Source: an uncultured Spirochaetia bacterium
GTDB taxonomy: Bacteria; Oederibacteriota; PGYV01; CAYGHG01
Direction: 5' to 3'
DNA: 64,000 nucleotides
Assembly: GCA_964349515.1 (NCBI GenBank)
Contig: CAYGHG010000001.1
Coordinates: 2,528 to 66,527 of the forward strand
In this document: positions 52,101 through 60,941 of the stretch, piece after piece
Position numbering within the stretch: the stretch's first letter is position 1
Layout: each line of letters starts with the position of its first letter
Notes under the pieces: generated by a model
What the model was told of the DNA's origin: nothing
Seen by the model: the letters and a program-made list of their open reading frames with translations, nothing else
Database searches by the model: none
Program-made: the position numbers and the translations under genes

Positions 52101-54731
52101 GTGCGTCTTTGACATGACTTTCGGCGGTTTTGCAGCAGTGTCTATATTGAACCTGTAATGGGAGGCCGCTTTGCCGATGTTGCCTGCCCGGTCTTTTGTG
52201 GTAACGTGTATGAACCAGCCTGCGTCCTTTAAGTCTCCGGAAAATATTGTGTCCTTGTCCGTCCAGGAGCAGGTGTCGTCAGGAACTGATTTTTCATTGT
52301 TGTCAATGGAATAATAATACCCTTCTGTGCCGGATAAATCCTCAGGCTGGCTGATTTTAAACTGCGCTTTTTTTATATTGTACCATTTGTGCGGGTCGGG
52401 GTGGGTTACCGACGATATATTCGGAGGCAGTGCCTGAGTGTCTATGTTAAACCTGTAGTGGGTGGTTTCTTTTGAAATATTGCCCGCGGAGTCTTTTGTC
52501 TTGACGTGCAGATACCATGTGCCGTCTGTTTTCGCGGGCAGTTTTATGTCGCTTGACGCCGTATAAACCCACTCTGATTCGTGGGGCTCTGTATCGGGCT
52601 TTGCATCAACGCAGTAAAAGAACCCCTCCACTCCGGATAGGTCATGGGGCCGCGCAAAATGCGCCTCTGTTTCTTTTTCGTTATACCAGGACTTTTCGTC
52701 AGGGTGCGTCCTGGAGGTCACGACAGGCGGGGAGACCTGCGTGTCTATGTTGAGCCTGAAGTGATAAGCTTTTGTACCGGTGTTGCCCGCCTTGTCCTTT
52801 GAAACTACGTGGAAATATTTTACCCCTTCTTCCAGCGGCGGCGTTTTTATGTGGGTGTCTTCCGTATAAGCGCCTGTTTTTTCATTGGGCACGGTGCCGG
52901 GCACTTCATCTATTACATAGTAATAGCCCTCTATGCCCGAGAGATCCTCCGGCGCCTCCCACTTTAAGACAGGCATATTGTTGTTGTACCATCTGGAGGC
53001 GTCAGGATGAGTCGCGGAAGTGACCTCAGGGGGCATCGCCGCTGTGTCCACTCTGATTGTAAAGTGCGAAACCTCGGGGCTGATGTTGCCGGCCTTGTCC
53101 TCTATGAGGACGTGGCAGTACCACACGCCTTCGTCCAGATTTTTAAGCACCACGCTTTCCTTTACCGTTGCCTGGCATTTCGCAGGGTCAGGCTTTGTCT
53201 CCGGATTTCTGTCCACAAGGTAAAGATAGTTTTTAACATCAGAATGCACGCCCCAAAACACCTCTGCGTCCGCTTTATTGTACCAGCGGTTCTGCTCGGG
53301 GTGTGTCTGCGATGAGAGCACCGGCGTTACCGCCGCAGTGGTGGTGAATTTATAGTTTTCAGCCACCCCGGAAAAACTGCCTATGTCGGAATATGTGAGT
53401 ATCCTGAAACTGTAATCCGTCAGTGACTTGAGGTTGTTGAGGGTTATCCTGTGCTTTGCTGTTTTTAACTCATTTACTATGTTGTTGCCATAGGCCTCGT
53501 CGGTTCCGTATTCAATTATGGTTTTCGCTTCCCTGTCAGTGTCCCAGGTTATTACCGCGCTGTGGGAGGTAATCTCGGAAATTTTAACATTATGCACGCT
53601 CGGCGGCGGGGTGTTGCTGATTGTCGTCCTGAAAATACGCCCCTTTGGAGAGGAACCGAAATAAAGGTATCCGTTGAAAAGGCATATCGCCCTGATGTCC
53701 TCCTCATCGGTCTGAAAAGCGAGCTCCCATTTTTTTCCGTCAAGGCTTTTATATATCCTGCCGTTGTCTCCGCTGCCCACGTATAAGCTGTTGGCAAACG
53801 AGACAAACCTGTAGAAGTTTACATCCTTTTCAGAAAAGAAGTTTTCCACCCAGTTGGTGCCGTCCTCAGTCATAAAAATAAGCCCGCCCGAGGCTTTTGA
53901 GGTGGAGGCGTAGAGCCTGTTTTGAAAAACATAAAAATCATTTATGAAACTCTGGTTTGTGTCAAAAACCTTCTGCCAGTTAACACCGTCAGAGGTGCGG
54001 TATATCATCCCGTTGGGGTAAGTGCCTGCGTAAAGATAATCCCTGAAAAGCCCGAAACAGGCTATCGCGAGTTCAGGGGTGTTGAGCGATACCACCCAGT
54101 GGCTGCCGTTATAGCTGTATACTTTTCCCTCTGTTGAGGTGCCTGCAAAAAGCCTGCCCTTAAAAGCCTCAAGGCAGTGTATCCTCGCCTCACCGCTGTT
54201 AAAAGAGAGGCTCCACTTTTCGCCGTCTATAGTCTCATATATCCCGCCGTTTGCGTTTGTGCCGCTGAAAAGTTTTGTAGTGCCGAGGTCGTTAAAAGTT
54301 TTTAGACAGTAAACCTGCGGAGTATAGTCCCCCAGCCCCTCCTCGCTGAATGATTTCGTCCTGCCTACAGGAGGGTTGAAATATGGGGAAAAAATATTTG
54401 CAATCGAGAGCTGTTCCCACGCGCCCACGTCGCCTGTCGTGCTTCGGATTACGGAATCTTTGTTTGTGCAGGCGTAGAGTCTGCCGTTAAATTCCTGAAA
54501 GTCGTATATGATGGGTGTGGAGGGGCTGTCAAATACCGGTATGAAGGATTCTTTAGGCACATAGCGCAGGTAAAGCGGTATCGCGGCTTTGATATTTTTT
54601 ACAACCTCGCCGGGACTTTTGCCCGAGACCACAAGCCCGGGCATCTCCGTGCACTCGCCTATGAATTTTCCTTCCTGCTCTTTTACGGACACGTCAAAAC
54701 TGACCGTAATCTCCCTTTGTTTTTCCTTCAT
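49185..54731 (-). CDS. Giant (1848 aa) multi-domain cell-surface-type protein: HicB-like N-terminus, beta-propeller, FN3, ten copies of an about 100-aa THPD/WYFH repeat, CarboxypepD_reg-like domain and T9SS-type C-terminal domain
   Basis: Repeats start at aa 476, 574, 675, 776, 876, 977, 1078, 1379, 1481 and 1582. Consensus is THPDxxxWYNxxxPxFxWxxPxDLSGxEGYYYxxD...DGxWYFHVxSKDxAGNxxxxAxHYRFNIDTxxPP. The C-terminus ...VSIKVYNESGKIVATI...GIYLYQVTAKGE... matches the Por/T9SS sorting-domain pattern. Confidence 0.7.
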   Translation of the reverse strand: MKEKQREITVSFDVSVKEQEGKFIGECTEMPGLVVSGKSPGEVVKNIKAAIPLYLRYVPKESFIPVFDSPSTPIIYDFQEFNGRLYACTNKDSVIRSTTGDVGAWEQLSIANIFSPYFNPPVGRTKSFSEEGLGDYTPQVYCLKTFNDLGTTKLFSGTNANGGIYETIDGEKWSLSFNSGEARIHCLEAFKGRLFAGTSTEGKVYSYNGSHWVVSLNTPELAIACFGLFRDYLYAGTYPNGMIYRTSDGVNWQKVFDTNQSFINDFYVFQNRLYASTSKASGGLIFMTEDGTNWVENFFSEKDVNFYRFVSFANSLYVGSGDNGRIYKSLDGKKWELAFQTDEEDIRAICLFNGYLYFGSSPKGRIFRTTISNTPPPSVHNVKISEITSHSAVITWDTDREAKTIIEYGTDEAYGNNIVNELKTAKHRITLNNLKSLTDYSFRILTYSDIGSFSGVAENYKFTTTAAVTPVLSSQTHPEQNRWYNKADAEVFWGVHSDVKNYLYLVDRNPETKPDPAKCQATVKESVVLKNLDEGVWYCHVLIEDKAGNISPEVSHFTIRVDTAAMPPEVTSATHPDASRWYNNNMPVLKWEAPEDLSGIEGYYYVIDEVPGTVPNEKTGAYTEDTHIKTPPLEEGVKYFHVVSKDKAGNTGTKAYHFRLNIDTQVSPPVVTSRTHPDEKSWYNEKETEAHFARPHDLSGVEGFFYCVDAKPDTEPHESEWVYTASSDIKLPAKTDGTWYLHVKTKDSAGNISKETTHYRFNIDTQALPPNISSVTHPDPHKWYNIKKAQFKISQPEDLSGTEGYYYSIDNNEKSVPDDTCSWTDKDTIFSGDLKDAGWFIHVTTKDRAGNIGKAASHYRFNIDTAAKPPKVMSKTHRDEEMWYSNAIPELHWDTPEDLSGVEGYYYCCDQKNNTVPARETAEWTTSNQVSLPRLQDGIWYFHIISKDNAGNTGWEASHFRMKIDTAVEAPKLSSPTHPDEAKWYNNPVIKLGWTVPQDLSKIKQFHYLFSREKHMKLLPEMTITTDKREAEIQVDSEGIFFFHIVSEDNAGNIGEEPAIFTINVDLKADPPEVFSPTHPNHDRYYCERSPVFTMEKSDEFSGVEGFYYKIDKTPDNMPERKTGKFTKESTVKITEPLEDGEWYFHAVLKDIAGNTGTEAAHYRFKIETNPPDVHLKELKKFVNSESFEVEWDGEDRESGIYGFLVEYKEGDKGKWKTWLKETKTMKAVFKGEDGITYYFRVKARDNAGNWSEYYEVDSAKVTIDVSPPSQVTQVAAKPLRDGVVGLEWNKVTDSVSGLDYFRVYRSSVSGQLGMQICDDGAVTDTRFTDSSPDLEDGIIYYYTIRGVDKVGNERESGNKQVLAICDRYAMPPVVRSATHPMQEQWYATKDINLNWETPQDATKITGYYYIFDQIPATVPEAKNGTWYTDNEISFPQTGDGTWYFHVVSKDEAGNISEEATHFQINIDTTRPKPPVISSITHADFNRWFNNNSPSFSWTTPPDPAGIEGYYYLFNQIKDSVPDITTASWTRGTMASFVDVPDGTWYLHVIAKDTAGNISAESSHFQINVAMTPPPPLVYSPTHPDENKWYREKNLKMQWKAMSYVNDIIGYYYVLDNFEKTIPSPKNSKTMDTNAGPVEINDGVWYFHIVSVDREGVIGKTAVHFRARVKTKVSLKGAVTQSNGIMPLPGATVEVLKDDGISLGVGISDKDGNYIIDNLPVAKIKVKVLGKNLPPQIIEDIELRSDEPEKVLNISSEIFAMYDESNDRIIFNYFIPENSAVSIKVYNESGKIVATIDEKKKGKAYNNSFWSASGTEDGIYLYQVTAKGEVSQKITRYGIRKIKKEKKN

Positions 54732-55240
54732 TTCGCTCCCTTTTTAAAAATATTGAGTATGAGCGCCGATTCGTCACAGTCCGGGAATTTTGGGCACGAG
54801 AAGCAGTCTTTCCATATTTTATGGGGCAGCTTGTTTTTTGGTATTGGCCTGAAACCGTTTTTTTTGAAAAAATCCGGAATTTTGGTAAGGGCAAAAACTT
54901 TTTTAGTGCCTACGTTCTTTGCCTCTTTAAGCGCTTCTTCAAGCAGCATCGCACCGTAACCTTTTCCCCTGTACCTTTTTTCAAGCACGAAAGAGCGTAT
55001 CTCAGATAAATCCTCCCAGTAAACGTGAACCGCAATAACACCTGCGAGTTTCTTTCCGTCAAAAGCCACGATATAATCCCGTATCTGTGAGTAGAGGTCT
55101 GCAATAGACCTTTTCAGCAGATCTGCCTCTGCGGAGTATTTTTTTATAAGTTCCTGTATTTTGTATGCATCCTGTATCCGTGCCCGTCTAATTTCCAATT
55201 TTTCTCCTTTGAATAAAGGCAAAAATCGGGAAAAAAGCAT
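54728..55240 (-). CDS. GNAT family N-acetyltransferase (short NAGS-like)
   Basis: Acetyl-CoA binding motif (RYRGKGYGAMLLEEAL). Its stop overlaps the giant gene start (ATGA). Confidence 0.65.
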   Translation of the reverse strand: MLFSRFLPLFKGEKLEIRRARIQDAYKIQELIKKYSAEADLLKRSIADLYSQIRDYIVAFDGKKLAGVIAVHVYWEDLSEIRSFVLEKRYRGKGYGAMLLEEALKEAKNVGTKKVFALTKIPDFFKKNGFRPIPKNKLPHKIWKDCFSCPKFPDCDESALILNIFKKGAK

Positions 55241-55447
55241 ATTTTCCCGGCCGCGCGCATAAGTATATGTGCAAATTTTAATTATTATATTATAAAGGGT
55301 TTAATATGGCAAGGCTTGAATTGGGGAGTGTAACAAAGTTTGAAATACAGCCAAAAGACAGAATACACAAGTTATTGAATCACTGCTATTTCCTTGCCCG
55401 ACGCCTTTAACCTTCCATTTTATTAAGTCATTAAAACATAGTCCTTC

Positions 55448-56653
55448 CTATTCTTTCCTGGCTAGCACCCTTATACCGTAAACACCTCCGGTTTCATCAC
55501 GAAAAGCGTAAGCCAACAGATAACCGGAATCAGAGAACGCAAACGGCTTGTAATAAATACCGGTCCCGTTCATGACTGATATTTCTTTTCCGGTCTTTGT
55601 GTTTATAATCTTTATGGGCGCTTCCTTTCCTTTTAACCCCACTACGAGAGAATCAAGCGCACCCGGGAGATACCCAATGGTATCTATGTCCCCGCCTGTG
55701 TCAATGTGTCTTAGTTCCTCCTGTTTCAATTCATACGCCTGCTCGTCGTATTTCATGTCTTTGATTTTTAAGCGGTCAGTAACTTTTTTGGAATATAATT
55801 TGTATTTGTATATGTATATTGAAGTTCCATACTTACAGCAGACAGCTATGCTTTCACCGTCAGGATTAAAACTAAGAGGCCCGTATCCCTTTTCCAGAAC
55901 AAGATCGGGCTTCACCCTTTCAGGGGAGGGATCAGGGCTGAGATAGTCTGTTTTAATCTTCCGGGTCTGCCAGATGCATACATTATCGCCTGTGTTGTTT
56001 TTACTGCCATTTCCTCCTGTCGCAAAATGCTTTCTGTCTATCGAAAAATCAAGCCCTGTTATTGAGCCAAACTCAGCTCCAGGCCTTGCCGTAAATTTCC
56101 CGGTCATCCGCGGGCTTCCTGTTTTAGAATCAATAGCCGCAAAATTAATGTAGTAATTTGTCCCTAACGCCGCAAAGTATCCGGTGTCTTCAGCGTATGG
56201 AAATTTAAAAAACTTTAATTTTTCAGGCCTGTAACCCGGTATTTCAACCGCAGGCTGTTTCACTCCCATCGGCTTTGTCGCAGCATCGGCAGTACTCATC
56301 ATTACCATCTGCGCGTCATACCCCGGCTGGTATACACCTGCCAGATATTTCCCGTCCGGACTGAAACTCATGGCACGCATGTTGCCGGCGAAACCCTGTA
56401 TGTTCTGCAAGAGCTTGTCATTTTTTATGTCATAAACATAAACCTGTTTTTTATTATCTGCAACAGCAACATACCGGTGATATGGATCAACAGCAACGTT
56501 TACGGGAAGATTTGGAAAACCCTTAACCTCCCTGTATATGGAAAATTCCGGGTCAGATGCGTGCGATACGCAAAAACATAACAACAAAGCAGCCAAATAA
56601 ATTATTTTTTTCATTATTCCCCCTTTAAATGTCTTTTTCATTTTGCAAAGCAA
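55448..56653 (-). CDS. Secreted beta-propeller (WD40/PQQ-like) protein with signal peptide
   Basis: Signal peptide MKKIIYLAALLLCFCVSHA (true start probably the Met at about 56641 or 56614). Repeated beta-strand blades follow. Confidence 0.5.
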   Translation of the reverse strand: MLCKMKKTFKGGIMKKIIYLAALLLCFCVSHASDPEFSIYREVKGFPNLPVNVAVDPYHRYVAVADNKKQVYVYDIKNDKLLQNIQGFAGNMRAMSFSPDGKYLAGVYQPGYDAQMVMMSTADAATKPMGVKQPAVEIPGYRPEKLKFFKFPYAEDTGYFAALGTNYYINFAAIDSKTGSPRMTGKFTARPGAEFGSITGLDFSIDRKHFATGGNGSKNNTGDNVCIWQTRKIKTDYLSPDPSPERVKPDLVLEKGYGPLSFNPDGESIAVCCKYGTSIYIYKYKLYSKKVTDRLKIKDMKYDEQAYELKQEELRHIDTGGDIDTIGYLPGALDSLVVGLKGKEAPIKIINTKTGKEISVMNGTGIYYKPFAFSDSGYLLAYAFRDETGGVYGIRVLARKE

Positions 56654-56825
56654 AACGATATGGTAAAAAACAGTTTACAGCAATATGATTTAAATACAAC
56701 GAAAAAGATCTATTACAATTTTTCAGATAGTGGTAATGTACCGCACACCTGCCTCACCTTCACACTCGTCTTTTGCCTGTTAAAAGTCTTTGTATTTTCA
56801 ACCTTCGCACCTTTACACTCGTCTT

Positions 56826-57995
56826 TCACCCCGCCCTCATCACATTCATTACAACCTTCACCATCGTGTCTTTTTCCGCCGGTGCGCTTATCGCGATTAA
56901 AAGAGTGAGCGAGGCAAGTGCCCCTGAGCTTATGGTTTTTGCCCCGTCAGCCCTGTAGAGCAGGCGGTTCTTTGCCAGATAGTGTAAAAATAAGATGGCT
57001 GCTATTCTCTTATTGCCGTCGGTAAAGGGGCGGTCTTTTACGGCAAAATACAGCAAATTCGCGGCTTTTTCCTCCGCGGTTTTGTATAAGTCTTTCCCCG
57101 CAAAAGACTGGTTGACCGCTCCTATCAGGCTTTTTAGTTTTTCACTCCTGCCCTTGCCGAACAACGCCGAGGCCTTTCTTTGCTTCACATATTCAGCCCG
57201 TGCTTTTTCAATCACACCGGCCGCGCCCTCAAACGTAAGCTCATACTCCTGTTTGCTTCTGCCTGCCGCTTTTAGTTTCATGTCATCGTAGTCCTGCAGG
57301 ATATTCAAAGAGTCGGCAAAGCTTTTAATTACTGATATGAGCTCGGCTTCCAGCCCTATGAAGTTTTCATCAGACATAGATCTTGCCATTATATCAACGG
57401 CTGTTTTCAGACCTTCGAATGCCTTTAACTTTTCCCTCAGCACTCTCTCATTTATCGCATACCCTTTGACCATGTATTTTTTAAGAACATCTGTAGCCCA
57501 TATTCTGAATTTGGTGGCTTTTGATGAATTCACCCTGTATCCGACCGATATGACGGCATCCAGGTTATATTTATCCACCGACCTTTTCACGTATCTTCCG
57601 CCCTCAAGCTGAACTGTTTCCATTTTGGAAACAGCTGCCGTTTCGTTGAGTTCCCCTTGTGCAAATATGTTTTTCAGGTGTTTGGAAACAGCAGGCACAT
57701 TTACTCCAAAAAGATGGGCAATCTGCAGCTGGCTCAGCCACAGGCTTTCGTCATACACAGTGATTTCAATTCCGCCTGTTTTTTCATCAGGCTTGAAAAC
57801 TATCTGCCTCCCGTATTCTTCAACTTCTTCTTCACGAAGCATAAAAGATCCCGCTTCATCAAAAGAAATCGCATAATCCCTGCCGGTTTTTTTTGCCTTT
57901 ATCTGCCCCTTCTTTACCTTCTTATAAACCGCAATCCTGCTTATGTGCATCAGTTTTGCCAGTTCCGGAATGCTGTAAAACTCCTTTCTTTCCAT
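56826..57995 (-). CDS. HTH - RhuM family - Fic/Doc-like fusion protein
   Basis: N-terminal excisionase/MerR-type HTH (IPELAKLMHISRIAVYKKVKKG). RhuM core (ISVGYRVNSSKATKFRIWATDVLKKYMVKGYAINE). C-terminal degenerate Fic motif RPFTDGNKRIAAI. Confidence 0.65.
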   Translation of the reverse strand: MERKEFYSIPELAKLMHISRIAVYKKVKKGQIKAKKTGRDYAISFDEAGSFMLREEEVEEYGRQIVFKPDEKTGGIEITVYDESLWLSQLQIAHLFGVNVPAVSKHLKNIFAQGELNETAAVSKMETVQLEGGRYVKRSVDKYNLDAVISVGYRVNSSKATKFRIWATDVLKKYMVKGYAINERVLREKLKAFEGLKTAVDIMARSMSDENFIGLEAELISVIKSFADSLNILQDYDDMKLKAAGRSKQEYELTFEGAAGVIEKARAEYVKQRKASALFGKGRSEKLKSLIGAVNQSFAGKDLYKTAEEKAANLLYFAVKDRPFTDGNKRIAAILFLHYLAKNRLLYRADGAKTISSGALASLTLLIAISAPAEKDTMVKVVMNVMRAG

Positions 57996-58004
57996 ACGCC
58001 CTCC

Positions 58005-58060
58005 TGTGTTAACATTTTTAACAGATTAACATTGGTTAACCCATTCATTAGGTTAACATA
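58005..58060. promoter_or_regulatory. Array of GTTAAC palindromes (three full sites plus two TTAAC half-sites) immediately upstream of the HTH-RhuM-Fic gene; putative operator
   Basis: tGTTAACatttTTAACagaTTAACattgGTTAACccattcattagGTTAACat within 65 nt of the start codon. Confidence 0.35.
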
Positions 58061-58172
58061 AGAGGCCGGTTAAAACCAGACATTTTATTTTTTTTAAATC
58101 TTCTCGGGAATGAATTTTTTATTTGCGTCTTTTCCGGCTTACAACCCCTGCACCCGCCGTCTTTCCTTACTC

Positions 58173-60941
58173 TTATTTTAGTACTATCAGCGTCTCAATT
58201 CTGCTCTTCACGGTTTTTCCATTTTCTTGGAGAGAATATACGTAATAGTAGTATGTGCCCGGGGATAGCCTGTTCAACCCTGCGCCTTCCAGCCTCAGAT
58301 TGTTGACTCCCTTTGATGCAGGATAGCACCCGCTGTCCCATACAAGCCTATAGGCGCTTGAGTACACCCTGATTCCGGCCTTTACCGGAGAACCGTTCAG
58401 CACGCAGTTTATGTTCAGGAACCCTGCGTGCTGGGTATATGGGTTGGGATAAGCAAAAACACTCCCTGCCGCAATTTCAACCGGCGTGACAGTTGCAGTA
58501 AAATCAACACCCGGAGTCTGCGTGCAGGTTGCGGTAAATGTCACCGCGAGCCCCTCTGTTACCGTGTTTGTTGCAGTCATAACTGCCGTAGCCGTATATG
58601 TTTCAGCCGGCGTTAAAAACTGCGTAGGCGTATCAGTCGGCACAGGAGTATTATCAGGAGTCTGCGTTGCAGTTGCAGTTACAGTTACAGTTGCTGTCAA
58701 CGTGGCTGTTGCTGTTTCCGTCGCAGTGATTACAGCAGTGGGAGTATGAGTAAGTGTATGAGTAAGCCCGGCAGTAGCCGTCGCAACTGCGCCTCCCGGC
58801 GAACACCAAATATTCTGAACAGATCCTGCAGCAGAACTTCCGCCTGCTATCCACATTTTCCCCTGGAACACCGCTGACCCGGCTCTGAACCTTGACACAA
58901 ATGCAGCTGCAGCTGTTTTCTGCGTCCAGATTTTGCCGTCAGCCGAAGCCCACACGTCATTATAGCTCGGGGTAAAAATACCGCTCACCCCGGCGGTCAT
59001 GTACATATGTCCCCCGTACGAAATAAGGTTTGAATCGCATCTTGCGGCATAAGGCGCGGCTGCGGTTTCCTGCACCCAGTTTACACCGTCAGCGCTTGAC
59101 CATACGTCGTTATAATAAACGCTGACGACATTGCCGTCAAAGGCTCCGTTAGCCGCATATATTCTGCCGTTGTGAACAACTGCCGACAGCATGCTCCTGG
59201 GGCTGAAACCCGCTGATTTAACAGCCCTGTTCCACATTTTCCCGTCAGAAGACCACCACACGTCATTTACCGGTGTGCCGTTCACATTGCCCGCGATGAC
59301 ATAAATTCTGCCGTTAAAAACCACGGCCGCAAAACCCCTTCTCATGCCGAACCCCGCGTACGAAGTTTCCGTGGTCCAGCTTATGCCGTCCGCAGACGAC
59401 CACACCTGAGCAGAATTGCCGCCACCTATCATGTACATTTTCCCGTTGAGCGTGACAAATTTTGAATCGCTAAGATCCGGGAAGTCCGCAGCTGCCGTGG
59501 CCTGAGTCCACGCGATGCCGTCAAACGATGACCAGACATCCCGTTTGCCAGCCCCCGCAAGCATCCAGAGTCTTCCGTCATGGACAAGCATTCCCATCCC
59601 TGCGCGGCTAAAAACAGTACCCGCGGCTTTTTGCTCCCATTCCATTCCCGGGCAATTGGCAACGCACACAGTCTCAGTGGCTGTAGGCGCAACAGGAGGC
59701 GTATCAGTAATTGTCGGGGTGGCTGTAAAACAATTATTGTTATTAAATGTTACCCTTAGCACGTCACCATCCCAGCCTTCAATTGTGACATCAAGTCCTG
59801 AGTCCGCTCCGCTCCACCATTTCGAGTCAGGGCTGGAAGCGCTGTTAAAAACAGTGCCAAACACACCGTCAAAGTAGTCGTCAGCAGCACCCGGGTGGGC
59901 CCTGTTTTCATAATGATATTGTCCGTCCGCCTGTTCAAAAGAAACCATCAGATGCTGGGACGGCGTAAATCCGGGATTTTCATTTGTGTTCATGGTTTCG
60001 TCAACATGCCAGATAAGCAGGCCGCTGTTGAATATCCCTTCGTACCTGCCTTTTTTCTGGACCGCTTCCAGATAGAACACTTCGCGGGGGTTCGCGGGGT
60101 TCACAAGTTTGTAGGCCTCGTATGTGTTGGCCTTTATCGTAACCGACAAACATGGCGTCACTGTGTCAACCGTCCTCGTAACAAGCCAGCCTGAAACATC
60201 TCTTAAGTATGGTGACGGAGGCACGGGGTTTGTGTTCAACATAATACTGCTCATAAGGCAGTTTTCCCCCACTCCGGAACCCATACCCGCATACGGCACC
60301 TGATAAAGATCAATCCACTCGGTAATTGTATGCCCCAGTTCATGGTTAAATATACCCATTCGCGGGCTGCTGCTGAATTGGCCTATCGCATCTGTGAAAT
60401 AGTACCGGCAGCTTACGCCGTCCGCAGAGAAAGTCAGACCTGAGCGATGAGCTGAGCTGATGGGAGAACCTGCGTAGAGAAGCCCGACGAAGAACCTGTT
60501 TGTACCGGGCACTTTTGCTATTGTGGAGTAGTCAAAACCGCTTGCTTCAAGATGATTCAGGACTTCCAGAGCAAGAGCCCTGCACCCCGCAGGAAGGCCC
60601 AGTCCAACGTAATAACTTTTCGGGTGAGCTGCCCTGTAATAGTATGTCATCGGCTGAAAATTCAGGGTCAGCCTGCCTTTTGAAACATCCAGAAAATAAT
60701 CCCTCACCGATCCGTTCAGCCCGTACAGGTTCGTTCCCGGCGCGTTAAGAAACGTATTTATGTCCGAGGCGGGTACATCTGCGGGACTGTCCGAAAAATC
60801 AGCCAAAAGAATGAGTATATTATTTACAGTACCTGTAACAGGCGCCGAGGCGTATGTGGAAAACGCTATAGAACCCGGAGAAAAAACCAAAAATACAATA
60901 CCTGCCAGAATCCCCTTATAAAAAACATTTTTTATGCTCAA
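58173..60941 (-). CDS. Secreted M6-family-like zinc metalloprotease with Kelch-type beta-propeller, Thr/Ala-rich linker and T9SS-type C-terminal sorting domain
   Basis: Signal peptide, M6-domain-like N-terminus (LILLADFSD...) and HELGH zinc motif. Six Kelch-like blades (GRLWM, GKMYM, GRIYV, GRIYA, GHMYM, GKMWI). TATVTVTATA linker. C-terminal domain YPNP...IRVYSSAYRLV...GTYYYYV. Confidence 0.6.
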   Translation of the reverse strand: MSIKNVFYKGILAGIVFLVFSPGSIAFSTYASAPVTGTVNNILILLADFSDSPADVPASDINTFLNAPGTNLYGLNGSVRDYFLDVSKGRLTLNFQPMTYYYRAAHPKSYYVGLGLPAGCRALALEVLNHLEASGFDYSTIAKVPGTNRFFVGLLYAGSPISSAHRSGLTFSADGVSCRYYFTDAIGQFSSSPRMGIFNHELGHTITEWIDLYQVPYAGMGSGVGENCLMSSIMLNTNPVPPSPYLRDVSGWLVTRTVDTVTPCLSVTIKANTYEAYKLVNPANPREVFYLEAVQKKGRYEGIFNSGLLIWHVDETMNTNENPGFTPSQHLMVSFEQADGQYHYENRAHPGAADDYFDGVFGTVFNSASSPDSKWWSGADSGLDVTIEGWDGDVLRVTFNNNNCFTATPTITDTPPVAPTATETVCVANCPGMEWEQKAAGTVFSRAGMGMLVHDGRLWMLAGAGKRDVWSSFDGIAWTQATAAADFPDLSDSKFVTLNGKMYMIGGGNSAQVWSSADGISWTTETSYAGFGMRRGFAAVVFNGRIYVIAGNVNGTPVNDVWWSSDGKMWNRAVKSAGFSPRSMLSAVVHNGRIYAANGAFDGNVVSVYYNDVWSSADGVNWVQETAAAPYAARCDSNLISYGGHMYMTAGVSGIFTPSYNDVWASADGKIWTQKTAAAAFVSRFRAGSAVFQGKMWIAGGSSAAGSVQNIWCSPGGAVATATAGLTHTLTHTPTAVITATETATATLTATVTVTATATQTPDNTPVPTDTPTQFLTPAETYTATAVMTATNTVTEGLAVTFTATCTQTPGVDFTATVTPVEIAAGSVFAYPNPYTQHAGFLNINCVLNGSPVKAGIRVYSSAYRLVWDSGCYPASKGVNNLRLEGAGLNRLSPGTYYYYVYSLQENGKTVKSRIETLIVLK

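Noticed and set aside
49594-53315. Numerous 60-240-aa plus-strand ORFs inside the giant gene
   Set aside because: They are antisense frames within a single long minus-strand ORF that has strong domain periodicity. None has independent support.
58486-58854. Plus-strand VAVNV-repeat ORF and minus-strand Cys/Asn-rich 66-aa ORF
   Set aside because: Both are alternative frames of the Thr/Ala/Val-rich linker of the metalloprotease gene.
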